Shown here in pieces: positions 18,781 to 27,866 of a DNA stretch of 64,000 nt. Each line of letters starts with the position of its first letter. Positions within the stretch are counted from its first letter, which is position 1. Source of the DNA: Alphaproteobacteria bacterium. GTDB taxonomy: Bacteria > Pseudomonadota > Alphaproteobacteria > SHVZ01. The notes beneath the pieces are model-generated. The model saw only the letters and a list, made by a program, of their open reading frames with translations. It was not told where the DNA came from and did not search any database. The DNA is taken from NCBI GenBank assembly GCA_016869375.1, contig VGEH01000001.1:18669-82668 (forward strand), read 5' to 3'. Both the position numbers and the translations under genes were made by a program.

Positions 18781-20298
18781 CTACACCGGTCTTTGCGAGA
18801 CTGCCTTCCCGGTTCCGCGAAAATCGAAGGCGACCGTGAGCCGGATGTCGTCGCCTTCGAACGGCGTGGTCCCGTGCATGAAGTAAGATGGGAAGAACAC
18901 GACCGTACCGGGCCGCGGTGTGACGAGCCGTCCGCGTCCGATGCCCTCGCTAGGCTCGCCCAGCTTGAGCCATCCCTGCATTCCGGCGGGATCGGCCGTT
19001 CCGGCCGGAACCTTGACGTAGTAGACGCCGCTGATCCAGCCGTTCTGGTCAAAATGGCTGACGTGAAAGCCCTGGCGGCGAAGCAGAATTGACCAGGATC
19101 CGGCTGGTATGGGCTTCTCGCGAAGCCGCGCAAGGAAAGGATGGTCTGCCGCGGGCTCGAGGGTCCCCAAATAGGCCTGAGCCTCTTTCAGAAGCTGCGC
19201 CCTGAGCAGGAGCAGCGGCCCCTCCGCCGAGGCAAAGAGGTCGCCTCTGGTTTGCGTCCCGCCGCGTAGACTTTGATCAGGCGAACGATGCCCTTCTCGC
19301 CGATGCAGGTCGATCAACTGAGCGGCGAGCGCATCATTGAACTCTGAAAGCGTCCTGTACCCTTCCGGCGTCCCGATCTCCTTTGCGAGGACAAGACCTG
19401 CATAGTCGTTGACGCGCTCCGCTTCCGGATGCCCCAGCTCGGCAAGACAACGGGCCCGAAGCATGATCAGCTCCTGGTCGAAAGCATCGTTCGCGAGCGC
19501 CTGGTCCAGCAATGCAAGCGCGCTCCGGGCCTGATTGAGCTTGATCTGGACGTCGGCAAGAATAGCCAGCGCGCCCCTCCTGTCGGTCGTCGTAGCCGCA
19601 ACGCGACGAAGCAGAGCAAGCGACGGTAGGAGCTCCGACGTATCCGCCAGCGCGCGGCCGAGAATTTCCAGAGGAGGCGTCTCGCCAGGCGCCAAGGCCA
19701 CGGCTTTTCGGAGCGGCGGCAGCGCTTCCGCCGCCCGACCGCAGGTGAGCAGGGATCGGCCGTATGCATGGTGGCTCGCCGCCGATTGGAGGGGCCCGCT
19801 GCAAAGCAGCCGCAGTGACGCGCATGGATCGCCGAGTTCCGGATTGTTTCTGAGCAGATCGAAGAGTCGATCGTGATGACTTAGCTCGCCAGGTCGGATC
19901 GCGAGAGCGCGTCGAAAGGCGACCGCCGCAGCCGTCGGATTCCCGAGCACTCTGAGGACGAGACCGAGGTTAGCCAGACCGACGTCCAGAACCGGTGCAA
20001 GGACAAGAGCCTGCCTAAGCTCGGCCGCCGCATCGATGAAGTTGCCCGTGGCGCGCAGACACTCCGCAAGATTGCCGTGGAACGCCGCGATTCCCGGCGC
20101 CTTGGCGATCGCCCGCCTCATGTGAGCGATTGCATCTCCGGTGCGGCCACGCTGATAGAGAAGCATCCCCAGCATCTGCCACGCGTCGGCGTTGCCACGG
20201 TCCTTGGATAGAATCCTTCGATATGCGCGCTCCGCACGATCAAGCTCGCCCCCCGCATGGAGCTTCATCGCGAGCGCAAGCGTATTCTTCGAATCCAT
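18781..20298 (-). CDS. TPR-repeat protein with a C-terminal 2OG-Fe(II) oxygenase-like domain
   Basis: 505 aa. Several TPR-like repeats at the N-terminus. The C-terminal ~150 aa (GWISGVYYVKVP...GWLKLGEP...VFFPSYFMHGTTPF..RLTVAFDF) resemble the 2OG-FeII_Oxy_5 family. Confidence 0.65.
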   Translation of the reverse strand: MDSKNTLALAMKLHAGGELDRAERAYRRILSKDRGNADAWQMLGMLLYQRGRTGDAIAHMRRAIAKAPGIAAFHGNLAECLRATGNFIDAAAELRQALVLAPVLDVGLANLGLVLRVLGNPTAAAVAFRRALAIRPGELSHHDRLFDLLRNNPELGDPCASLRLLCSGPLQSAASHHAYGRSLLTCGRAAEALPPLRKAVALAPGETPPLEILGRALADTSELLPSLALLRRVAATTTDRRGALAILADVQIKLNQARSALALLDQALANDAFDQELIMLRARCLAELGHPEAERVNDYAGLVLAKEIGTPEGYRTLSEFNDALAAQLIDLHRREGHRSPDQSLRGGTQTRGDLFASAEGPLLLLRAQLLKEAQAYLGTLEPAADHPFLARLREKPIPAGSWSILLRRQGFHVSHFDQNGWISGVYYVKVPAGTADPAGMQGWLKLGEPSEGIGRGRLVTPRPGTVVFFPSYFMHGTTPFEGDDIRLTVAFDFRGTGKAVSQRPV

Positions 20299-20336
20299 GA
20301 CCGGATGCGTGATGACATAGAAGCCGAGCTAGAACG

Positions 20337-20975
20337 TCAATGGCCCTGCTGCAGGCGCTTGACGAAGTCGGGCAACCCGACCTGGCGGATTCGGCGCAGC
20401 CGCTCGGCGGTCAGGATCGAGCCGACCTGGGCGATGCTCTTGTCGAAGTCGTGGTTGACGACGATGTAGTCGTACTCAGGCCAGTGGCTCATCTCGTCCG
20501 ACGCCTTCGACATGCGCTTGGCGACCACCGCCGGCGTGTCCTGCGCCCGGTTCTTGAGCCGGCGCTCGAGCTCGCCGGTCGAGGGCGGCAGGATGAAGAC
20601 GCTGACCAGGTCGTCGCGCGCCGCTTCCTTGAGCTGCTGCGTGCCTTGCCAGTCGATGTCGAACAGCACGTCGCGGCCGAGCGCGAGCTGCTCCTCCACC
20701 GGTTTCTTCGGCGTGCCGTAGTAGTTGTCGAAGACCTTGGCGTGCTCCAGCAGCTCGCGGCGGTTGACCATGAGGTCGAACTCGGTGCGGTCGATGAAGT
20801 GATAGTCCCGGCCTGCGACTTCGCCCGGACGCTTCTTCCGCGTGGTGACCGAGACCGACATCGTGATGGAGTCGTCTAGCTCCAGCAGCTTTCGCGCGAT
20901 CGAGGTCTTCCCCGCACCCGAAGGCGAAGAGAGCACCAGCATCAGGCCGCGCCGGGAGACTCCACCCTGGATCAT
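20337..20975 (-). CDS. gmk: guanylate kinase
   Basis: P-loop SSPSGAGKTS, plus TTRKKRPGEVAGRDYHFI and LERRLKNR. The start may be an internal Met (MLVLSS..). Confidence 0.9.
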   Translation of the reverse strand: MIQGGVSRRGLMLVLSSPSGAGKTSIARKLLELDDSITMSVSVTTRKKRPGEVAGRDYHFIDRTEFDLMVNRRELLEHAKVFDNYYGTPKKPVEEQLALGRDVLFDIDWQGTQQLKEAARDDLVSVFILPPSTGELERRLKNRAQDTPAVVAKRMSKASDEMSHWPEYDYIVVNHDFDKSIAQVGSILTAERLRRIRQVGLPDFVKRLQQGH

Positions 20976-20979
20976 CGCT

Positions 20980-21861
20980 TCATTCCACGTTCTGGATCTG
21001 CTCGCGGAACTGGTCGATCACCGTCTTGAGCGCGATGCCGATTCGGGTCAGCGCCACGTCCTGCGACTTCGAGCAGAGCGTGTTGGATTCCCGATTGAAC
21101 TCCTGCGAGAGGAAGTCGAGCCGCCGGCCGATGGCGCCGCCCTCCTTCAGCATGTCGCGCGCCTGGCCGACATGGGCGCCGAGCCGATCCAGCTCCTCGC
21201 GCACATCGCCCTTCGCTGCCAGCAGCGCCAGCTCCTGCGCGAGCCGCTCTTCCGACGGAACGGGAACCGCATCCAGCAGGGTCTGGACCTGCTGGCGGAG
21301 CCGTTCCTTGACTGCCTCTGGCCTGAGCGCTGCCGACGACGCCGCTTCCGTGCTCAGGCGCTGGATCTCGTCGATCTGCCCCAGCAGGACGGCCTGGAGT
21401 CGCGCGCCTTCATCCGCGCGCGCCGCGATCAGCCGCTTGAGCGCCTGGGCGAAACCCAGGAGCAGCACCTTCTCGGTCTTCTCGTCGACCGCGTCGGCGA
21501 GACCGCCGCGATCGAGCACGCCCGGAATCTGCAGCAGGGCTTCGATCCTCGGCGGCGCCTGGTCGACGCGACCGAGAAGGTCGGCCTGCAGCCCCAGCAC
21601 TTGGTCGAGGATCACGCGATCGACGGTGAAAGCCGACGCGCCGGCCGCCCGTGACAGCGTCAGATTGACCGAGACGTTGCCGCGCTTCAGCTGCTTCGCC
21701 GCCTCGGCACGCAGCTGCGGATCGAGGCGATCGAGACCGGAGGGCAGCCGGCAGCGGATGTCGAGGCCGCGGCCGTTCACGCTGCGCGCCTCCCACACCC
21801 AGGAAAGTCCGCTGGTCTCGCCCTCGGCGCGGGCGAAACCGGTCATGCTGGCGATAGTCAC
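20980..21861 (-). CDS. yicC: YicC/YloC family stress-induced protein
   Basis: 293 aa (MTGFARAEGE...LSQEFNRESNTLCSKS..). Conserved yicC-gmk adjacency. Confidence 0.85.
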   Translation of the reverse strand: MTIASMTGFARAEGETSGLSWVWEARSVNGRGLDIRCRLPSGLDRLDPQLRAEAAKQLKRGNVSVNLTLSRAAGASAFTVDRVILDQVLGLQADLLGRVDQAPPRIEALLQIPGVLDRGGLADAVDEKTEKVLLLGFAQALKRLIAARADEGARLQAVLLGQIDEIQRLSTEAASSAALRPEAVKERLRQQVQTLLDAVPVPSEERLAQELALLAAKGDVREELDRLGAHVGQARDMLKEGGAIGRRLDFLSQEFNRESNTLCSKSQDVALTRIGIALKTVIDQFREQIQNVE

Positions 21862-21945
21862 GTCGCTCAGGTCCCCCCGACCGTCTTAACCCCGACGGCG
21901 GCGCGACTATAACTGCGTGCCGCTTCCGCGCCTATACTCGCACAC

Positions 21946-22707
21946 ATGAAAGACCCGACATCGATCCTGATCAGCGGCGCGTCGAGCGGCCTTGGCGCGG
22001 CGCTGGCGGAGGCCTACGCGGCACCCGGTATTCGCCTCGCGCTCGGCGGGCGCGATCGAGAGCGGCTCGACGGCGTGGCGGAGCGATGCCGGGCCGCCGG
22101 CGCCGAAGTCGACGTTGAAATCGTGGACGTGGTCGATGCCAGCGCGACAACGCGTTGGGTCGAAACCGCCGACGATCGGCGCGCGCTCGATCTGGTCATC
22201 GCCAACGCGGGTATCTCGGCCGGCAGCCGCAGCACCGGCGAGGCCGCGGAACAGGTAAGACGCATTCTCGCGGTCAACATCGATGGCGTCGTCAGCACCG
22301 TGCTGCCGGCGCTCCCGCGCATGCAGCGTCGAGGGCGAGGCCAGGTCGCTCTGATGGCGTCCCTCGCCGGCTATCGCGGGCTTCCCGGCGCGCCCGCCTA
22401 CTGTGCGAGCAAGGCAGCCGTAAAGGTCTTCGGCGAGGCGCTGCGCGGCGAACTCGCCGCGGACGGCGTCGGCGTCAGCGTCATCTGTCCCGGATATGTC
22501 GATACGCCGCTGACGCAGCGGAACCGCTTTCCGATGCCGTTCCTGATGGACGCGCCTAGCGCCGCTCGGCTGATCAAGCGCCGGCTCGCGAAGAACAAGG
22601 CGCGCATCGCCTTCCCCTGGCCGATGGCGACGCTGGTCTGGCTGCTGCAGGCGATGCCGCCGGGTCTGATCGACCTCGCGCTGGCGAAGCTGCCGAGAAA
22701 GTCCTAG
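21946..22707 (+). CDS. SDR-family oxidoreductase
   Basis: ISGASSGLGAAL Rossmann motif and the catalytic YCASKAA. Confidence 0.85.
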   Translation: MKDPTSILISGASSGLGAALAEAYAAPGIRLALGGRDRERLDGVAERCRAAGAEVDVEIVDVVDASATTRWVETADDRRALDLVIANAGISAGSRSTGEAAEQVRRILAVNIDGVVSTVLPALPRMQRRGRGQVALMASLAGYRGLPGAPAYCASKAAVKVFGEALRGELAADGVGVSVICPGYVDTPLTQRNRFPMPFLMDAPSAARLIKRRLAKNKARIAFPWPMATLVWLLQAMPPGLIDLALAKLPRKS

Positions 22708-23180
22708 CGATCCTGGCGGCGAGACCGCTCGGCCCAGCGCCGTTCGCGCTCGGCCATGCGCTCGCGAAACGCCTTGCGCTCTTCGGGGGTGAGCTGCGCG
22801 CTGGCCTCGATCATCGTCGACTGCATGAGCTCCGACATGGCATTGGCGCGACGGCGCGCCTCGACGAAAGCGGCTTCGGCCTTGGCCTTGTCGAAGGGCT
22901 CGGCCGCGAGCGTCTGCATCGCCTCCGACCGCGCCCGGCGGAACTCGCGGCTCTGCTCGCGGATCTGCGCCTGACGTCCTTCCATCACCGCTTTGACCTT
23001 GGCGCGCCCGGATTCCGGCAAGCCGGCGGCGATGCGGCCCATCGGCCCCATCATCGCCCGTTCCGAGGAACGCTGATGCTCGCGCCAGTAGCGCATGCCG
23101 ACGACCGCGCCGAGGAAGAGGTTGAGCGCGAGCGAGACGATCAGCGCCCAGCCGACCCAACGATTGCCGAGGAAGGCCAT
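22704..23180 (-). CDS. periplasmic Spy/CpxP-like (LTXXQ-type) protein, third gene of an ECF sigma operon
   Basis: ATG 23180 overlaps the anti-sigma stop (ATGA). N-terminal TM/signal segment (WVGWALIVSLALNLFLGAVVG) followed by a coiled, charged region with repeated EQSREFRRARSEAMQ..AEAAFVEARRRANAM..ERKAFRERMAERERRWAE. Confidence 0.55.
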   Translation of the reverse strand: MAFLGNRWVGWALIVSLALNLFLGAVVGMRYWREHQRSSERAMMGPMGRIAAGLPESGRAKVKAVMEGRQAQIREQSREFRRARSEAMQTLAAEPFDKAKAEAAFVEARRRANAMSELMQSTMIEASAQLTPEERKAFRERMAERERRWAERSRRQDR

Positions 23181-23485
23181 CACAGGATGTCCCCTTCGAT
23201 CGGATCGCCCTCGAAGTAGAGAGCATCGAAGCCCGGCTCGAGCGACGTGGCGTAGCTCTCCATGCCGTCCATCCACCAGCCGACGACGAGACCGAGGCAG
23301 GCGGCCGCGGCCAGCGTCGCCATGCGCGGCCAGGACCAGGTGAAGGCGGGCGCCTTCGGCCGCGCCTTGGCGAGGATCGCCTGCGCCAGGCCTGGGCTCG
23401 TCGGATACGTCTGCCAGGTATCGAGCACGCGCGCGAGCTGGCGCTCTTCCGCCGGGGTCAGATCGATCTCAGGCTTCATGTCCAT
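23180..23485 (-). CDS. putative single-pass anti-sigma factor
   Basis: 101 aa with one TM helix (ATLAAAACLGLVVGWW). Overlaps the ECF sigma gene 3' end by 17 nt. Confidence 0.5.
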   Translation of the reverse strand: MDMKPEIDLTPAEERQLARVLDTWQTYPTSPGLAQAILAKARPKAPAFTWSWPRMATLAAAACLGLVVGWWMDGMESYATSLEPGFDALYFEGDPIEGDIL

Positions 23486-24050
23486 CCTCCGCCAGATCCG
23501 ACATCAGCGGCTTCAGGCTGTCGCGCAGCTGCCGCTTGGCACGGATCAACAACGACTCCAAGGCGCCGACGGTGATGCCCATCACCTCGGCTGCTTCGAT
23601 ATTGCCGAGCCCTTCATAGTGGCAAAGGGTCAGCGCGGTGCGCTGCCGTTCCGGCAGCTCGCCGACGGCCGCCTTGACCGACCGCGCCACCTCCGTCTGG
23701 TGCAGCGTCCGGAACGCATTCGGCTGCTCGTCCTCCGGTTCGGGCACATCGTCGATCGGCAGCGAGCGCGGGCGCCGGAGCCGGTCGATCGAGGCATTCA
23801 CCACCACGCGGTAGAACCAGGTGGTGAAACGGCCGCCCTCCGGACGCCAGCGATCGGCGTGCTGCCAAAGTCTGAAGAAGGCGTCCTGGGCCACGTCCTC
23901 TGCCTCGCCACGGTCGCCCAGCAGGCGCTGGGCGGTTCTGACGGCACGGTCGAGGTGACGGGTGACCAAGGCGGCGAACGCCGTCCGGTCGCCGTCGGCG
24001 ATCCGCGCCATCAAAGCCTCGTCGGCCAGTCCGTCCATCAGGCGATCCAA
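23469..24050 (-). CDS. RNA polymerase ECF-type sigma-70 factor
   Basis: 193 aa. Region 2 (DVAQDAFFRLWQHADRW..FTTWFYRVVVNASIDRLRR) and region 4 (LPERQRTALTLCHYEGLGNIEAAEVMGITVGALESLLIRAKRQLR). Confidence 0.85.
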   Translation of the reverse strand: MDRLMDGLADEALMARIADGDRTAFAALVTRHLDRAVRTAQRLLGDRGEAEDVAQDAFFRLWQHADRWRPEGGRFTTWFYRVVVNASIDRLRRPRSLPIDDVPEPEDEQPNAFRTLHQTEVARSVKAAVGELPERQRTALTLCHYEGLGNIEAAEVMGITVGALESLLIRAKRQLRDSLKPLMSDLAEDGHEA

Positions 24051-24105
24051 CGCCGGCCGACCTCCTGTGGTTGGAACGGGCTGCCGCGGTATTTTCCTGC
24101 GGTCC

Positions 24106-24513
24106 CTATTCGGCGTTGCTGTAGAGGGTTTCGGGCGAGATTAGAACTCTTTGAATTTCCACCCATTTGCCGTCGCGCCAGGCCCGGAACAGACAGGAAC
24201 GGCGGCCGGTATGGCAGCAGACACCGGTCTGGTCGACCTTGAGCAGCAGCATGTCGCCGTCGCAGTCGACGCGGAGCTCGACCAGGCGCTGGACCTGGCC
24301 CGAGCTCTCGCCTTTCCGCCACAGCTTGCCTCGCGAGCGCGACCAGTAGCAGACGCGCCCGGTGGCCAGGGTCTCGGCCAGGCTCTCCATGTTCATCCAG
24401 GCGAGCATCAGGACCTCGCCGGTGTCGAATTGCTGCGCGACCGCGGGAACGAGCCCGCGCTCGTCGAAGGCGAGGACGGCCTCAACCTCGGGCGAGAGCG
24501 CCGGCGTGGTCAC
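24106..24513 (-). CDS. hisI: phosphoribosyl-AMP cyclohydrolase
   Basis: GTG 24513 (VTTPALSPEVEAVLAFDERGLVPAVAQQFDTGEVLMLAWMN...CHTGRRSCLFR) overlaps the metC stop. The upstream in-frame extension is rejected because it overlaps metC. Confidence 0.85.
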   Translation of the reverse strand: MTTPALSPEVEAVLAFDERGLVPAVAQQFDTGEVLMLAWMNMESLAETLATGRVCYWSRSRGKLWRKGESSGQVQRLVELRVDCDGDMLLLKVDQTGVCCHTGRRSCLFRAWRDGKWVEIQRVLISPETLYSNAE

Positions 24514-25745
24514 GCCGCCTTCGCCACCTGGGTCAACCGGGAGAAGCCGGCCTCGAGATCGGCAATCAGGTCGTCGGCATCCTCGAGCCCGATATGGAGG
24601 CGGACCAGCGTCCCCTTCTCCGTCCATGGCACCGCGGTCCGATGCAGCACGTTCGAGACCGGCAGCGCCAGGCTCTCATAGCCGCCCCAGGAGGCGCCCA
24701 TGCGGAAGATCTTGAGCGTGTCCAGGAAGGCGTCCATCGCCGGTTTCGGCTGCTCCTTGATCAGGACCGAGAAGAGGCCGGAGCAGCCGGTGAAGTCGCG
24801 CTTCCACAGCTTGTAGCCGGGGAAGCTCGGCAGCGCCGGGCAGAGCACGCGCGCGACCTCGGGCCGGGTCTCGAGCCAGGTCGCAACCTTGATCGCGTTC
24901 TCCTGATGGCCCTTGAGGCGCACATGCATGGTGCGAAGCCCGCGCAGACCCAGATAGACGTCGTCGGGGCCGACCGAATAGCCGAGAGCCTTGAAGCTCG
25001 CCTCGACCGCCGGCAGCGTCGCCTCGGTGCAGGTCGTGGTTCCCAGCATCGCGTCCGAATGGCCGACAATGTACTTGGTCGCCGCCTGGATCGAGACATC
25101 GACGCCGTGCTTGAAGGCGCTGAAGAAGAAGCCGCCCGACCAGGTGTTGTCCATGAAGACGACGCAGCCCTTCTTGTGCGCTTCTTCGGCGATCGCCGGG
25201 ATGTCCTGCATCTCGAAGGTGCCGGTGCCCGGCGACTCCGTGTAGACGATCCTGGTGTTGGGCCGGATCAGGTCGCGGATGCCGCCGCCGATCAGCGGAT
25301 CGTAGTAGGTCGTCTCGATTCCCATGTTCCTGAGGAAGTTGTCGCAGAACCGCCGGTTCGGGAAATAGGCGGAGTCGACCATGAGGATGTGGTCGCCCGA
25401 CTTCACGAAGGCGAGGATCGCGCCGACCACCGCGGCGAAGCCGGACGGCCAGGCGATGCAGCCATGCCCGCCTTCGGTCGCCGCCACCGCCTCGCCGAAG
25501 GCGCGATGCGTCGGCGTGCCGTAGCGGCCGTAGACGAAGCCCTTGAAGCCCGGCTTGTGCGCCTCGTCCCAGGCGGCGACGCTGGCGAAGGTGATCGTGG
25601 AGGCGTGATAGACGGGCGGATTGACGATGCCGTGGTTCGCTTCCGGATCGAGCCCCGCATGGGTGATGATCGTGTCGCGCCTGAAGCTGCCCTTGAGTGC
25701 CATGCGTCGCTGCGCCCCGAGTTCATCGCCGAAATGCCGCGCCAT
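24510..25745 (-). CDS. metC: cystathionine beta-lyase / PLP-dependent Cys-Met metabolism enzyme
   Basis: PLP-fold type I Cys/Met family (..TYYDPLIGGGIRDLI.., SIQAATKYIVGHSDAMLG). Start is ambiguous (25796, 25745 or 25700); 25745 is given. Confidence 0.8.
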   Translation of the reverse strand: MARHFGDELGAQRRMALKGSFRRDTIITHAGLDPEANHGIVNPPVYHASTITFASVAAWDEAHKPGFKGFVYGRYGTPTHRAFGEAVAATEGGHGCIAWPSGFAAVVGAILAFVKSGDHILMVDSAYFPNRRFCDNFLRNMGIETTYYDPLIGGGIRDLIRPNTRIVYTESPGTGTFEMQDIPAIAEEAHKKGCVVFMDNTWSGGFFFSAFKHGVDVSIQAATKYIVGHSDAMLGTTTCTEATLPAVEASFKALGYSVGPDDVYLGLRGLRTMHVRLKGHQENAIKVATWLETRPEVARVLCPALPSFPGYKLWKRDFTGCSGLFSVLIKEQPKPAMDAFLDTLKIFRMGASWGGYESLALPVSNVLHRTAVPWTEKGTLVRLHIGLEDADDLIADLEAGFSRLTQVAKAA

Positions 25746-25860
25746 GGTGATGGCCCCCCGCTTTCGGCGCAAGCGGAAGGAAGCGGTTGCGGCCACCCCG
25801 AGCGAATTGTAAGCATTGACACCATAGAGGCCCCGAAGGGCCCCGGGAGGCGGTGGACAT

Positions 25861-26628
25861 ATGGCAGCTCAGGCGCAGCGCAAGCTTTCGACGGACGTCG
25901 TCATCCACATGGCGGGCGTCCACAAATGGTACGGCGATTTCCACGTCCTCAAGGACATCAACCTCTCCGTCCATCGGGGCGAGCGCATCGTCGTCTGCGG
26001 GCCGTCGGGCTCGGGCAAGTCGACGATGATCCGCTGCATCAATCGCCTGGAGGAGCACCAGAAGGGCCAGATCGTCGTCGACGGCATCGAGCTCTCCCAG
26101 GACGTCAAGAACATCGACATGGTCCGCCGCGAAGTCGGCATGGTGTTCCAGCAGTTCAACCTGTTCCCGCATCTGACCGTGCTCGAGAACCTGACGCTGG
26201 CCCCGATCTGGGTCAGGAAGATGCCGAAGGGCGAGGCCGAGGCATCGGCGATGAAGTACCTGACCCGCGTGCGCATCCCCGAGCAGGCGCAGAAATATCC
26301 GGGCCAGCTCTCCGGCGGACAGCAGCAGCGCGTCGCAATCGCGCGCTCGCTCTGCATGCAGCCCAAGATCATGCTGTTCGACGAGCCGACCTCGGCACTC
26401 GACCCCGAGATGATCAAGGAAGTGCTCGACGTCATGGTGGGCTTGGCCGAAGACGGCATGACCATGATCTGCGTGACGCACGAGATGGGCTTCGCCCGCA
26501 CCGTCGCCGACCGCATGATCTTCATGGACTATGGCGAGATCGTCGAGCAGGCGCCGCCGGAAGAGTTCTTCCAGAACCCGAAATCCGACCGCACCAAGCT
26601 GTTCCTGAGCCAGATCCTCAAGCATTAG
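25861..26628 (+). CDS. polar amino-acid ABC transporter ATP-binding protein (stand-alone)
   Basis: 255 aa with Walker [10 protein letters not shown], signature [13 protein letters not shown] and Walker [11 protein letters not shown]. No adjacent permease or SBP genes. Confidence 0.9.
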   Translation: MAAQAQRKLSTDVVIHMAGVHKWYGDFHVLKDINLSVHRGERIVVCGPSGSGKSTMIRCINRLEEHQKGQIVVDGIELSQDVKNIDMVRREVGMVFQQFNLFPHLTVLENLTLAPIWVRKMPKGEAEASAMKYLTRVRIPEQAQKYPGQLSGGQQQRVAIARSLCMQPKIMLFDEPTSALDPEMIKEVLDVMVGLAEDGMTMICVTHEMGFARTVADRMIFMDYGEIVEQAPPEEFFQNPKSDRTKLFLSQILKH

Positions 26629-26679
26629 TGCGGCATTGACGCCCCTCCCCTGGCGGCGCCGGGGGAGGTAAAACGCCTC

Positions 26680-27804
26680 ATGACCTCCCGCCTTCCCTTC
26701 GTCGACCTGCAGGCTCAGCGCCGCCGCATCGGTGCGCGCATGGACGAGGCGCTCGCGCGCGTGCTCGCCCATGGCCAGTTCATCCTCGGGCCGGAAGTGA
26801 AGGAGCTCGAAGGCAAGCTCGCCGCCTTCTCCGGCGTGAAGCATTGCATCGGCTGCGCCAACGGCACCGATGCCCTGCTGTTGCCGCTGATGGCCTGGGG
26901 CATCGGCCCGGGCGATGCGGTGATCGTGCCCTCCTTCACCTTCGTGGCGTCGGCCGAGGTCGTGGTGCTCGCCGGCGCGACGCCGGTCTTCGTGGATGTC
27001 GATCGCGGCAGCTTCAACATGACCGCCGAGACGCTGGAGCTCGGCATCCTCGCCGCGCGCGAGGCCGGCCTCACGCCGAAGGTGGCGATGCCGGTCGATC
27101 TCTTCGGCCAGCCCGTCGATTTCGCGAGCTTGGGGCGGGTTTGCTCGAAGTACGGCCTCAAGATCCTGTCGGACGCGGCGCAGAGTTATGGCGGCGCCCA
27201 GGGCAATCGCCGCGTCGGTTCGCTGGCGCCGGCGACCTCGACCAGTTTCTTCCCGTCCAAGCCGCTCGGCACCTATGGCGACGGCGGCGCCATCTTCACC
27301 GACGATGACGGGCTGAACGATCTGCTGCGCAGCATCCGCATGCACGGCCAGGGCATCGACAAGTATCACAACGCCCGCATCGGCCTTAATTCTCGCCTGG
27401 ACACGATGCAGGCCGCCGTACTGCTGCAGAAGCTCGATATCCTCGAAGACGAGATCGCGACCCGCGACCGCGTCGCGCGGCGCTATTCGGAGGCGCTGGA
27501 CGATGTCTGCGAGGTGCCGCGTGTGGCCTCCGGCAACGTCTCGGCCTGGGCCCAGTACACGATCCTGATCGAGAACCGCGATGGCATCGCCAAGGCGCTG
27601 GACGCCGCCGGCATCCCGACCGCGATCTACTACCCGATCCCGCTGCACCGGCAGGAAGGCTACCGGCACTTCCCAATCGCCAAGGGCCAGCTTGCGGTCT
27701 CGGAGGAGCTCGCGCGCCTCGTGCTCAGCCTGCCGATGCACCCCTATCTCACGATTGCCGACCAGGATCGCGTGATCGCCGCGGTGAGGAACGCCGTCGC
27801 CTAG
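26680..27804 (+). CDS. DegT/DnrJ/EryC1/StrS-family PLP-dependent aminotransferase
   Basis: 374 aa with GPEVKELEGKLAAFSG, SFFPSKPLG and LSLPMHPYLT. Confidence 0.85.
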   Translation: MTSRLPFVDLQAQRRRIGARMDEALARVLAHGQFILGPEVKELEGKLAAFSGVKHCIGCANGTDALLLPLMAWGIGPGDAVIVPSFTFVASAEVVVLAGATPVFVDVDRGSFNMTAETLELGILAAREAGLTPKVAMPVDLFGQPVDFASLGRVCSKYGLKILSDAAQSYGGAQGNRRVGSLAPATSTSFFPSKPLGTYGDGGAIFTDDDGLNDLLRSIRMHGQGIDKYHNARIGLNSRLDTMQAAVLLQKLDILEDEIATRDRVARRYSEALDDVCEVPRVASGNVSAWAQYTILIENRDGIAKALDAAGIPTAIYYPIPLHRQEGYRHFPIAKGQLAVSEELARLVLSLPMHPYLTIADQDRVIAAVRNAVA

Positions 27805-27866
27805 CGCGGTATTCGGGAACCATTCGCGGGCCGGGCTGTTCTGGCAGCATCGGAGGTCCCCGCTCC

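Noticed and set aside
20337-20975. Full-length 212-aa gmk versus internal start
   Set aside because: Could not decide between Met1 and Met12 (MLVLSSPSGAGKT) from sequence alone. Kept the ORF-track coordinates and noted the uncertainty rather than calling a separate feature.
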